DNA of 64,000 nucleotides from Sulfuricurvum sp. (GTDB lineage Bacteria; Campylobacterota; Campylobacteria; Campylobacterales; Sulfurimonadaceae): NCBI GenBank assembly GCA_036170115.1, contig JAVHOQ010000095.1, positions 8,042 to 72,041 of the forward strand, read 5' to 3'. Shown piece by piece: positions 40,459 to 48,560 of this stretch (position 1 is its first letter; each line of letters starts with the position of its first letter). The notes under the pieces were generated by a model. It saw only the letters and a program-made list of their open reading frames with translations, ran no database searches and was not told where the DNA came from. The position numbers and the translations under genes were made by a program.

Positions 40459-41107
40459 CATAACCCCCTTTACCCTCCTTGATTTTCCGGATACGCCTGC
40501 GGCTATTTTTTGGTTTGCGGGGTGCAATCTCCGTTGTGCATATTGTTACAATCCCGATATTGTTTTGGGGGAGGCGAAGATTACCCACGCGCAGGCGCTT
40601 AATTTTTTAACGAAGCGGCGGGGACTTTTGGAAGGGGTGGTATTAAGTGGGGGAGAGTGTACCCTTTATGCGCAGCTTATCCCTTTGTGTCACGCCATAA
40701 AAGCGTTGGGTTATAAAATCAAACTCGATACCAATGCCATGCGTCCTGATGTGATACACGCCCTTTTAGCCGAATCGCTGGTGGATTATGTGGCGCTTGA
40801 TTACAAAGCCCCCGCCTCAGAGATGGTACGCATTTGTGGAGGGGGAAGTGAAGATCGTTTTTGGGAAAGTTTTCATCTGCTTCAACATTCCAATATCCCT
40901 TTTGAGGTACGGACAACGTTTCACCCTGATCTTCTCCATGAAAATACCCTTATCGCTATGGGACGTGCGTTGAAAGCGGAAGGATATACGCACCCTTTTT
41001 ATGTACAGCTTTTTCGTGAGGGGGTTCCCACTCTTGCCAATCTGAGCGTTTCGGCGCGTGGTGTCGATTATTTATGTCTCAAAGAGTATGTTACCTTGCG
41101 CACTTGA
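40442..41107 (+). CDS. nrdG: Class III RNR activating radical-SAM enzyme (ATG 40442)
   Basis: FAGCNLRCAYCYN, VVLSGGE, KLDTN, DYVALDYK, EVRTT. Confidence 0.92.
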   Translation: MRALYDITPFTLLDFPDTPAAIFWFAGCNLRCAYCYNPDIVLGEAKITHAQALNFLTKRRGLLEGVVLSGGECTLYAQLIPLCHAIKALGYKIKLDTNAMRPDVIHALLAESLVDYVALDYKAPASEMVRICGGGSEDRFWESFHLLQHSNIPFEVRTTFHPDLLHENTLIAMGRALKAEGYTHPFYVQLFREGVPTLANLSVSARGVDYLCLKEYVTLRT

Positions 41108-41117
41108 TTTACATCAA
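41104..41117 (+). promoter_or_regulatory. Nss/DNR box of the cytochrome c553 gene
   Basis: TTGATTTACATCAA, 22 nt upstream of TACAAT (41140-41145). Confidence 0.8.
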
Positions 41118-41172
41118 AGACTTTAGATTTGAAACCGCTTACAATGACGTATTCTTTTTGTAGGAGTGTGCC

Positions 41173-41472
41173 ATGAAAAAAAGTGTTTGGGTGTTTATCG
41201 CGTTACTGGGTCTGGGATCGACAGTATTGGCAGCAGATGATGGCGCTACTTTATTTAAAAAATGTTCAGTGTGCCACGGCGCAACCGGTGAAAAAGCGGC
41301 ATTGGGTAAAAGTAAAGTGATCAAAGAGATGACCAAAGGGGAAATCACCACGGCCCTCAAAGGGTACAAAGACGGCAGCTATGGTGGCGCATCGAAAGGG
41401 CTGATGAAAGGTCAAGTTGCTGCACTCACTGAGGCACAAATGACCGTATTGGCAAACCACATCGGAAAATAG
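41173..41472 (+). CDS. Monoheme cytochrome c553
   Basis: Signal peptide, CSVCHG, YG...LMKGQ. Confidence 0.92.
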   Translation: MKKSVWVFIALLGLGSTVLAADDGATLFKKCSVCHGATGEKAALGKSKVIKEMTKGEITTALKGYKDGSYGGASKGLMKGQVAALTEAQMTVLANHIGK

Positions 41473-41594
41473 TCTCTTCTCCTCCCCGTGAGGGGTTGGT
41501 TTAAGCAGTATAGTATAGTAAAAACCCTTCCTTAAAGTGCGCTCTGCTAAAGCGCTATACTGCTTCAACGAACATCTACGTACAGGGGTTAGCC

Positions 41595-43784
41595 ATGAAA
41601 AAACGGATAGTACTCTCTTTGATTGCGACCACCTCTCTTGTGGCGGGCGAAACGTCCTTGGAACCTGTTATCATTAGTGCAACCAAAACCCAAACTACCC
41701 TGTGGGATGCGCCAGCGAGTGCAAGTGTTGTCTCCAAAGAAACCCTTGCGCAATTGCCCATTACCCATATCAAAGAGGCGCTCAAAGGGTTAGAAGGGGT
41801 CACGTCCATCGCCCATAGAGGTGCATCGGATGTGAATCCTACGGTGGTACTTCGGGGGATTCCTGATCAATCACGGACAATGATATTGCTTGATGGTATT
41901 CCGATGAACACCAGTTATACCAGTACCGCTTCAACGCCGTATACGATACTGCCTGAAGAGTTGGAACACATTGAGGTAATTCGAGGACCCTTTTCCAGCT
42001 TGTATGGCAGCAGTGCGATGGGGGGAGTTATCAACTATATCACCCAAATGCCCAATACACCTCAATACAAGGGGAGTATTGGGTATGGCACTGCGTTCAC
42101 GCACGGGGAAGCGCAATCCAATCTAACCAAACTCTATGTATCCGCTGCGGATAAGATGAGTGATCATCTAAAATTTAAAATAAGCTACGGGTCGCTAGGC
42201 AGTGAGGGGTATAGATCCGATTACGTCGCCATGACAACCAAGCCTCCTGTCTCGATAAATGGGTATCAAACGCAGCTCTCACCCACAACGCTCCCCCAAT
42301 ATATCGTAGGAAATGCGGGGATGCGGGGGACGTTTAAGGACAATCTTTCGACAAAATTTGTCTACACGCCCACCTCCAATGATACGGTTAGTGGTTCGTT
42401 TTTGAAATCCCATTACGATATGCACTATACCAATCCGGAATCTTTTTTGACCAATGCGTCGGGGAGTAGTGTTTATAGCTACAGCGTGGGAGGAAATAGA
42501 CTCAGTGAGTCTAAATTCCTTCAAGGTGCCAGTGCGTTGGAGAGTAATCTTTATGCCCTTGAGTACCAACATCATTTTACCGATTCTACGTTTGCGATGC
42601 GTTATTCGCTCCTCTCCCTTAAGGATTGGTACACATCTGCTGGTACAACCGCAACGCGAAATGGGGGAAGCGGTACCCTAACCCCACGGGAAGCGCATAA
42701 TGGGATGCTGCATACGACGTGGCAAAAAGTGATGGGAAATTCGTTGTTTCTATTAGGGGGTGAGTATAAACATACTACGTCGGTTTCGGACACGACTACG
42801 TTAGTGGATTGGAGAGATGAAACGTCCAAAACCCTTACTACTGCTAGTTCTGGGGGAAAAGAGCGTATTTTTGCCTCGTTTGTGGAAGTTCAAAGCGATC
42901 TGACCGAAGCACTCTCTAGCACGGTTGGTGGACGATTTGAATCGTGGAAAGGGTATGATGGCTACAGTGTGGATACCTCCAATCCAACCCTCACTAAAAC
43001 CTACGCAGCGCAACAGAAAAATAATTTTTCCCCCAAGCTCTCGCTTAATTATAGGCTCAGTGACACTACGATTCTAAAAACCTCATGGGGAGAAGCCTTT
43101 CGTGCGCCTGATCCGGTGAATCTCTATCGCACGTATGAAATTGCCGCCCTTAATCGGGTGTATGTCGCCAATCCCAATCTAACCCCTGAACGCAGTGCAT
43201 CGTACGATTTTGGGGTGGAACACAAAACGTTGAATAAGGGACTGTTAAAAGCGTATGGGTTTCATACGATTATTAATGATATGATCTCTACCGGAAGCCC
43301 CATTGTGATAGGGGGAAAAAGTTACTATGAGCGGGTAAATGTGGGGAAAGCTCGCTCTCAAGGGGTTGAATTAGCGTACATTCAACCCCTATCCGATGAT
43401 GTTACCCTCAATGCCAACTACACTAAAACCTATACCAAAATTTTAGAGAATCGTATCGATCCCACGGTAATTGGAAAACGTTTTGCAGGAATTCCAGAAA
43501 CCATGATCAATGGATCACTGATTTATGATAACTATCAATGGTATGCGGTAGTTAATGGTACCTATCAATCTAAAATTTATAATAATGCGGATAACAGCGA
43601 TACGGTCTCTAAGGTCTATGGCTCAATGGATGGGGTGGCGATTTTTAATACGAAAATCGGGTACCATGTGAGCAAAACTATGGAGATCACGTTTACGGTG
43701 AACAATCTACGCGATACACTCTATTACAGTTATGAACGAGGAGAGGGGCGATCATGGTTTACCCAAATCAATTTAAAAATATAG
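41595..43784 (+). CDS. TonB-dependent receptor, ligand unknown
   Basis: Signal peptide, plug motifs (VLRG, ILLDGIP, IEVIRGPFSSLYGSSAMGGVIN), WGEAFRAP, VNNL.D. Confidence 0.93.
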   Translation: MKKRIVLSLIATTSLVAGETSLEPVIISATKTQTTLWDAPASASVVSKETLAQLPITHIKEALKGLEGVTSIAHRGASDVNPTVVLRGIPDQSRTMILLDGIPMNTSYTSTASTPYTILPEELEHIEVIRGPFSSLYGSSAMGGVINYITQMPNTPQYKGSIGYGTAFTHGEAQSNLTKLYVSAADKMSDHLKFKISYGSLGSEGYRSDYVAMTTKPPVSINGYQTQLSPTTLPQYIVGNAGMRGTFKDNLSTKFVYTPTSNDTVSGSFLKSHYDMHYTNPESFLTNASGSSVYSYSVGGNRLSESKFLQGASALESNLYALEYQHHFTDSTFAMRYSLLSLKDWYTSAGTTATRNGGSGTLTPREAHNGMLHTTWQKVMGNSLFLLGGEYKHTTSVSDTTTLVDWRDETSKTLTTASSGGKERIFASFVEVQSDLTEALSSTVGGRFESWKGYDGYSVDTSNPTLTKTYAAQQKNNFSPKLSLNYRLSDTTILKTSWGEAFRAPDPVNLYRTYEIAALNRVYVANPNLTPERSASYDFGVEHKTLNKGLLKAYGFHTIINDMISTGSPIVIGGKSYYERVNVGKARSQGVELAYIQPLSDDVTLNANYTKTYTKILENRIDPTVIGKRFAGIPETMINGSLIYDNYQWYAVVNGTYQSKIYNNADNSDTVSKVYGSMDGVAIFNTKIGYHVSKTMEITFTVNNLRDTLYYSYERGEGRSWFTQINLKI

Positions 43785-43824
43785 CGTTTGGTGGCTTTTT
43801 TGCGTACACGCAAGGAAAGTTAAG

Positions 43825-44466
43825 ATGATAGCGCAGTTAAAAAGTATTTTTCTTTTTTCGCACCTCAGTGAGGAAGACCTACTTCACTTGGCATCGATTG
43901 GAAAATTTCGGGAATATGGAAGCGGAGAGACCCTTTTTTACGAGGGTTCTCCTGCGACGAAGATCTACATTCTCCTAAAAGGGGTTGTTAAAGCGTACAA
44001 AACCGATATGAAAGAGAACGAGATCGTTTTGCACTATTTTTATCCGGTTTCCCTCGTCGCGGAGATGGCGAATCTGTATCATATCCCCTTTCCCGCAACG
44101 GCGGAGTTTCAAACGGAGGGGAAGGTATTGGAAATAGAGTACGCGATTTTTGAACGCGATTTTTTGAAAAATCCTACCATATCGTTTGAACTCATCAAAT
44201 CGTTGACCCAAAAACTTAAATACCTCGAAGAGGTCATCACTACCCGTCTTGCGCTGGATGCAACGTCGCGTGTGGCTAAATTTTTATACGAAAATGGGGA
44301 TATTGCTGATTCGACCAAACGCCATACGATTGCAACGATTTTGGGACTTACCCCCGAAACCCTCTCCCGCTCTTTTAAAAAGATCAAAATTTTGGGACTC
44401 ATCAGTGATGAGGGGAAAAATTTTACGATTCTCAATCGAGAAGGGCTTAAAGAACTTTTTTCCTGA
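43825..44466 (+). CDS. Crp/Fnr family regulator, DNR/NssR type
   Basis: cNMP-like domain, HTH IATILGLTPETLSR (ExxSR), no cysteines, so not an Fe-S FNR. Confidence 0.9.
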   Translation: MIAQLKSIFLFSHLSEEDLLHLASIGKFREYGSGETLFYEGSPATKIYILLKGVVKAYKTDMKENEIVLHYFYPVSLVAEMANLYHIPFPATAEFQTEGKVLEIEYAIFERDFLKNPTISFELIKSLTQKLKYLEEVITTRLALDATSRVAKFLYENGDIADSTKRHTIATILGLTPETLSRSFKKIKILGLISDEGKNFTILNREGLKELFS

Positions 44467-44481
44467 AGAGGGTATTAAAAT

Positions 44482-44495
44482 TTGATTTGTGTCAT
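44482..44495 (+). promoter_or_regulatory. Nss/DNR box of nirS (one mismatch)
   Basis: TTGATTTGTGTCAT, 23 nt upstream of TACACT (44519-44524). Confidence 0.65.
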
Positions 44496-44606
44496 TGAAG
44501 CGTCGCCCCTTTTTTGAGTACACTCACTATAGATGGGTAGCATATTATTTCGTCTTAAGCGAGGGGTATGCCCTATCCAATATTTTAGACGTACAAGGAG
44601 TGACGA

Positions 44607-46247
44607 ATGAAAAAAGTTCTTGGAATAACCCTTGCTGGTGCTCTTTTTGCAACCCTGCCTCTCATGGCAGGGGATTCAAAAATGGACGTTGTTCAAATGT
44701 TTGAAAAAGAGTGTCAGGGGTGTCATGGTCCCAATCATGAAGGGGGAGTGGGAAGTTCACTGAATTCTAAAGCGATTGGGAAAAAAGGGGATTATTTCCT
44801 CCGCGATACGATTCTTAATGGTCGAGCAGGTACGGCGATGCCTGATTTTAAGAGTAAATTTACCAGTGATGATGCCGATAAAATGGTGCAATATCTCTTA
44901 AAATACGAAGCAAAACAGTTGACCAAGTTGACAATGGAAGATGTCGCTGCTACCCATCAAGTGCTTCAAGACCGTGAAACATTGTATAAAAAATACCCCA
45001 AACCAATGGACGTTAAACGGGTTCAAGACATTGTGGTCTTTACCGAACGGGATGCCTCCAAAGTGGGCTTCATTGATGGTACTACGAATAAAGTCCTCTC
45101 CAAGCACAGTTCTGGCTTTGCAACGCACGTAACCGTGGTCAATAAACGTATCCCCCGTTATGTCTACAATATTAGTCGTGATGGATGGGTCAATATGTTT
45201 GATCTTAATGCCCCTGGGCAACCCATCATCGCCAAAATTCGGGTTGGAAGTGACAGCCGAGGTCTTGCGTGTACCCCTGATGGTCGTTATCTTATGGCAG
45301 GAAATTATGTCCCCGGTGGTGCGGTATTATTGGATGCGATGACCCTTAAACCGCTCAAAGTGTATGCCACCGATCAAGTCGAAGACATGGACGGAAAAAT
45401 GGGTTCTTCCCGTGTTGCATCAATTGCCGATACTCCGTATGGTCCTTATATCGCTTTTGCTCTTAAAGATGCAGGTCATGTCTATATTGTCGATTACAGT
45501 AAACCCGATTTCCCTGTTGTGGGAGATATTCCCAAAATCGGTAAAATTTTGCACGATGCGTTTTTGAACGAAGGGGAAGAGGTGGGACGCTACTACATGA
45601 TTGCTTCGCAAGGGAGTGATGTGATGGGAATCGTTGATTTTAAAACCAAAACACTTGCGGATAAAGTTTATACCGGTCCAGGCAGTAAGCCCCATCCGGG
45701 ACAAGGCTCAAGTTGGTACAGTGAAAAATTGGGCAAACAACTCCACGCAACGGTCAATATGAATGTGGGAGATGTCACCATTTGGGATAATAAATGGCAC
45801 GTATTGAAACACACCAAAACCGCAGGTGGCGGACTGTTTGTCGGTACCAATGAACATACCCCCTTTTTGTGGGCAGATAACGTTATCGGTGGTGAAGATA
45901 ACTACAATAAAATTCATTTGGTCAACAAAGAGACGTTGATGATCGGACGTATTATTCAAGCAACGAAAGAAGGTAAGGTTCAGCTGATTGATCCTAATAC
46001 CCTTAAGGTGATTAAAGAGTGGAGCATTGGTGCGGTTAAAGATGGAAAAGGGGAACTTATCGTCCCGCGATTGCTTCATGGAGAACCCTCTGCGCACGGG
46101 GAACATATGTATGTTTCGGATTGGACGTGTGGCAGAATTTTGGTCTTTAATGCCAAAACAGGGGAATACCTCACCCAAATTACTGGGTTAACCACCCCTA
46201 CGTTTACCTATTCCATTGAACATCGAATGGATCTTCCCGGAGCGTAA
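44607..46247 (+). CDS. nirS: Cytochrome cd1 nitrite reductase
   Basis: CQGCH plus GTAMP heme c domain; d1 propeller with FATHV, SRDGWV, LHDA, PHPGQG. Confidence 0.85.
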   Translation: MKKVLGITLAGALFATLPLMAGDSKMDVVQMFEKECQGCHGPNHEGGVGSSLNSKAIGKKGDYFLRDTILNGRAGTAMPDFKSKFTSDDADKMVQYLLKYEAKQLTKLTMEDVAATHQVLQDRETLYKKYPKPMDVKRVQDIVVFTERDASKVGFIDGTTNKVLSKHSSGFATHVTVVNKRIPRYVYNISRDGWVNMFDLNAPGQPIIAKIRVGSDSRGLACTPDGRYLMAGNYVPGGAVLLDAMTLKPLKVYATDQVEDMDGKMGSSRVASIADTPYGPYIAFALKDAGHVYIVDYSKPDFPVVGDIPKIGKILHDAFLNEGEEVGRYYMIASQGSDVMGIVDFKTKTLADKVYTGPGSKPHPGQGSSWYSEKLGKQLHATVNMNVGDVTIWDNKWHVLKHTKTAGGGLFVGTNEHTPFLWADNVIGGEDNYNKIHLVNKETLMIGRIIQATKEGKVQLIDPNTLKVIKEWSIGAVKDGKGELIVPRLLHGEPSAHGEHMYVSDWTCGRILVFNAKTGEYLTQITGLTTPTFTYSIEHRMDLPGA

Positions 46248-46260
46248 TGCTTCGTAAAAG

Positions 46261-46289
46261 CATCCCTTTTTCGTATCGAAAGAGGGATG
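46261..46289. terminator. Bidirectional hairpin after nirS
   Basis: CATCCCTTTTTCG-tat-CGAAAGAGGGATG, 13-bp stem. Confidence 0.75.
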
Positions 46290-46296
46290 GCACCAC

Positions 46297-46485
46297 TTAT
46301 CCAAAACGTAAAAAAAGTCCTATCACCAAAGAGAATATCACGGTTAATCCAACGGTCAAAAAATTCTCCATTGCGGAGGATAGGGTGACTTTTTTGGCTA
46401 TCCATTGTGTGATCTTTAGGGCAGGAAAAATCATAAAAACCAGTAATACAACACTAAAAACCAAGGTTAAAACAAGATTTATCAT
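46297..46485 (-). CDS. Small two-helix membrane protein, unknown function
   Basis: 62 aa, two hydrophobic stretches, 2-nt gap from the upstream ORF. Confidence 0.7.
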   Translation of the reverse strand: MINLVLTLVFSVVLLVFMIFPALKITQWIAKKVTLSSAMENFLTVGLTVIFSLVIGLFLRFG

Positions 46486-46487
46486 CG

Positions 46488-46871
46488 TTAAATACCATAA
46501 AAATGGTGGATAAAGTGACGCTCTTGGGGTGTTTTTAGTAAAACAGTCGCTAGTGTCGTATTGGTCTCATCGGAAACATACACGTGCATAGCATCCATTC
46601 TCAGATGTTCTTTGCCCCATTTTTTTTCAAGCGCATCAAAACGGTGAAAAACATCTACGTTATTAGGTTGCTCTTTAAAGTTTTTATCCACCTTACTCAT
46701 AATCTGCAAACCGCCAAACCGTTTATCGAGATAATAGGGGCTATAGTGGTGTAGTTTTGTGTACATTTCGTTATTTTTTTCTTCAGGTTGACTTTGAAAA
46801 TAGGCGCTTACACTCAAAAAAACCGAAACCCCCATGAGGGCAACCATCAAATATTTTTGGGTATTTTTCAT
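46488..46871 (-). CDS. Membrane-anchored or exported hypothetical protein (ATG 46871)
   Basis: MKNTQKYLMVALMGVSVFLSVSAYF anchor; YSPYYLDKRFGGL; His-rich. Confidence 0.75.
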   Translation of the reverse strand: MKNTQKYLMVALMGVSVFLSVSAYFQSQPEEKNNEMYTKLHHYSPYYLDKRFGGLQIMSKVDKNFKEQPNNVDVFHRFDALEKKWGKEHLRMDAMHVYVSDETNTTLATVLLKTPQERHFIHHFYGI

Positions 46872-46929
46872 ACAAAATCCTTGTTTTTGGGGTGTCGTAT
46901 CAGTATAAAGATTTTTGGTCAACACCGCC

Positions 46930-46943
46930 TTGATGAATGTCAA
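46930..46943. promoter_or_regulatory. Nss/DNR box shared by two divergent promoters
   Basis: TTGATGAATGTCAA, 22 nt from TACCAT (+, 46966-46971) and 22 nt from TATACT (-, 46902-46907). Confidence 0.8.
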
Positions 46944-47009
46944 GGTAATTACCTCAGGGGTGTGTTACCATCGTACGTGATTTTAAATCCCCATTGAGGA
47001 GGGAAGAAC

Positions 47010-47378
47010 GTGATGACTAAATTTTTTGTTTTGGAGGGGGGATATATCATTCTCGCCGGTTTTATTATGCTCATTGTGGTGTTTGTCACAACCCGCCCTT
47101 TTATGGGTAAAAACGCCCTTAAAAAAGGTCTTTTGGGGGTAGGGATGATGGTAACATTGCTCATAAGCACCCACTATGCTATCACGATGAACCGTATGGC
47201 AGAGGTGAGTGATGCATTTGAAAAAAATCATCCCATTTTGTGTGAAAGTCGTATGCAAACCAAAGTAGCACAGTTTGTGACCATACAAAAATCGCATGAA
47301 TGGTCGCTTCGTGAGGATCTTTTTTCTTCTCCCCATTATGAACGCGCTTTTTACAGCGCACGGTGTATTGTTCAATAA
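47010..47378 (+). CDS. Two-TM hypothetical protein with two C-terminal Cys
   Basis: GAGG RBS, two hydrophobic helices, ILCESR...ARCIV. Confidence 0.75.
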   Translation: MMTKFFVLEGGYIILAGFIMLIVVFVTTRPFMGKNALKKGLLGVGMMVTLLISTHYAITMNRMAEVSDAFEKNHPILCESRMQTKVAQFVTIQKSHEWSLREDLFSSPHYERAFYSARCIVQ

Positions 47379-47426
47379 TCTTCTTCACCGCTCAACGAGA
47401 AAAAATCCTTTTTTTTCTCCCTTTTT

Positions 47427-47440
47427 TTGACCCATATCAA
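47427..47440 (+). promoter_or_regulatory. Nss/DNR box of the nor operon
   Basis: TTGACCCATATCAA, 22 nt upstream of CATAAT (47463-47468). Confidence 0.8.
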
Positions 47441-47532
47441 TAGTTTTATTTTCTAAAACTGTCATAATCTCTCACACTCGATGTCCGTATGGGGCTTGAG
47501 TCGGTAAATAGGTATCCAAAAGGAGCAATGGT

Positions 47533-47856
47533 ATGGAACCCTTAATTCTACGACCAGAGATAGCGATCGATCAATTTTTGCCTATTTTTGTGGAGTCTAC
47601 TTTGGTATTGATATTTGGTGTTGGGTATGCAGCCCTCATTACGTTGGCCAAAATGGGTTTTTTTTCCAAAGCATGGATGAATCTTGGGTATCTATTTTGG
47701 GCGTTACAGGTTTATTGTTTGTACGATCTTTCTTGTTTAATCCAGAGCAACCATTTTACGACCAAAGTACTTATGGTGACGATGGTGGCGTATTTGTTTA
47801 TCCCTCACTTGTATTTTCACCTTATTCGTGAATCCGATAAACGGTATGAACAATAG
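47533..47856 (+). CDS. Three-TM protein, first gene of the nor operon (NorH-like by size and topology)
   Basis: AAGGAG RBS, 107 aa, three hydrophobic helices. Confidence 0.75.
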   Translation: MEPLILRPEIAIDQFLPIFVESTLVLIFGVGYAALITLAKMGFFSKAWMNLGYLFWALQVYCLYDLSCLIQSNHFTTKVLMVTMVAYLFIPHLYFHLIRESDKRYEQ

Positions 47857-47888
47857 ACCAATACACAAATATCAAAAAAGGAGAACAC

Positions 47889-48560
47889 ATGGCACAAGAA
47901 AATCATTCCGTATGGACAAGCATCCCATTTTGGCGGCGTTCAGCGGCGTGGGTCACAGGGTTTGCTGCGGTACTGTTAATATGGCTTACGTTTGATTCCA
48001 TGAAACAAATTAGCATGGGAAATGACAATGATCTCAAAAAGGGTATCACCAAGCGGGTACCGGGTCCTACGGTTATCAATTACCATATTGATTACCAAAT
48101 GTCGGAAAAAAGGGGGCATGAAGTACCTGTTATCGGTTCAAAAGAACTCTTTTTTGGCAAAGAGTGGAGTGAAAAAGATGCGGCGGCTTTGTTGCATCTT
48201 GGGAAATTAACCTCTCAAGCAAAAAATTGTATGAACTGTCACACCCTTTTGGGAAATGGTGCTTATTATGCCCCTGATCTTACAAAAGCGTGGTTAGATC
48301 CTGCATGGAAAGAGGGGGGAGCAATGCAAAGTATGACCGGAAAAACGACGAAAGAAGAGGCGATGGCAGAATTTTTGATGCACCCATCACAGTATCCTAC
48401 CCATTCTCGTATGATGCCTAATTTAAAAATTACCGCCAATGAAGCACAAGGATTGGTAGCGTTTTTGAAACACATGAGCAGTATTGATACCAATGGTTTC
48501 CCTCGAAATTTCTCTAAAACAACGCAACAGTTTGAAACAGGAGGAAGCAATGCTCACTAA
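47889..48560 (+). CDS. norC: Nitric oxide reductase cytochrome c subunit
   Basis: N-terminal TM helix, CMNCHTLLGNGAYYAPDLT, RMMPNL. Confidence 0.95.
   Translation: MAQENHSVWTSIPFWRRSAAWVTGFAAVLLIWLTFDSMKQISMGNDNDLKKGITKRVPGPTVINYHIDYQMSEKRGHEVPVIGSKELFFGKEWSEKDAAALLHLGKLTSQAKNCMNCHTLLGNGAYYAPDLTKAWLDPAWKEGGAMQSMTGKTTKEEAMAEFLMHPSQYPTHSRMMPNLKITANEAQGLVAFLKHMSSIDTNGFPRNFSKTTQQFETGGSNAH

Noticed and set aside
41473-41594. Cobalamin riboswitch upstream of the TonB receptor (BtuB hypothesis)
   Set aside because: No B12-box or GGGAA/ACTG core, and the region is short.
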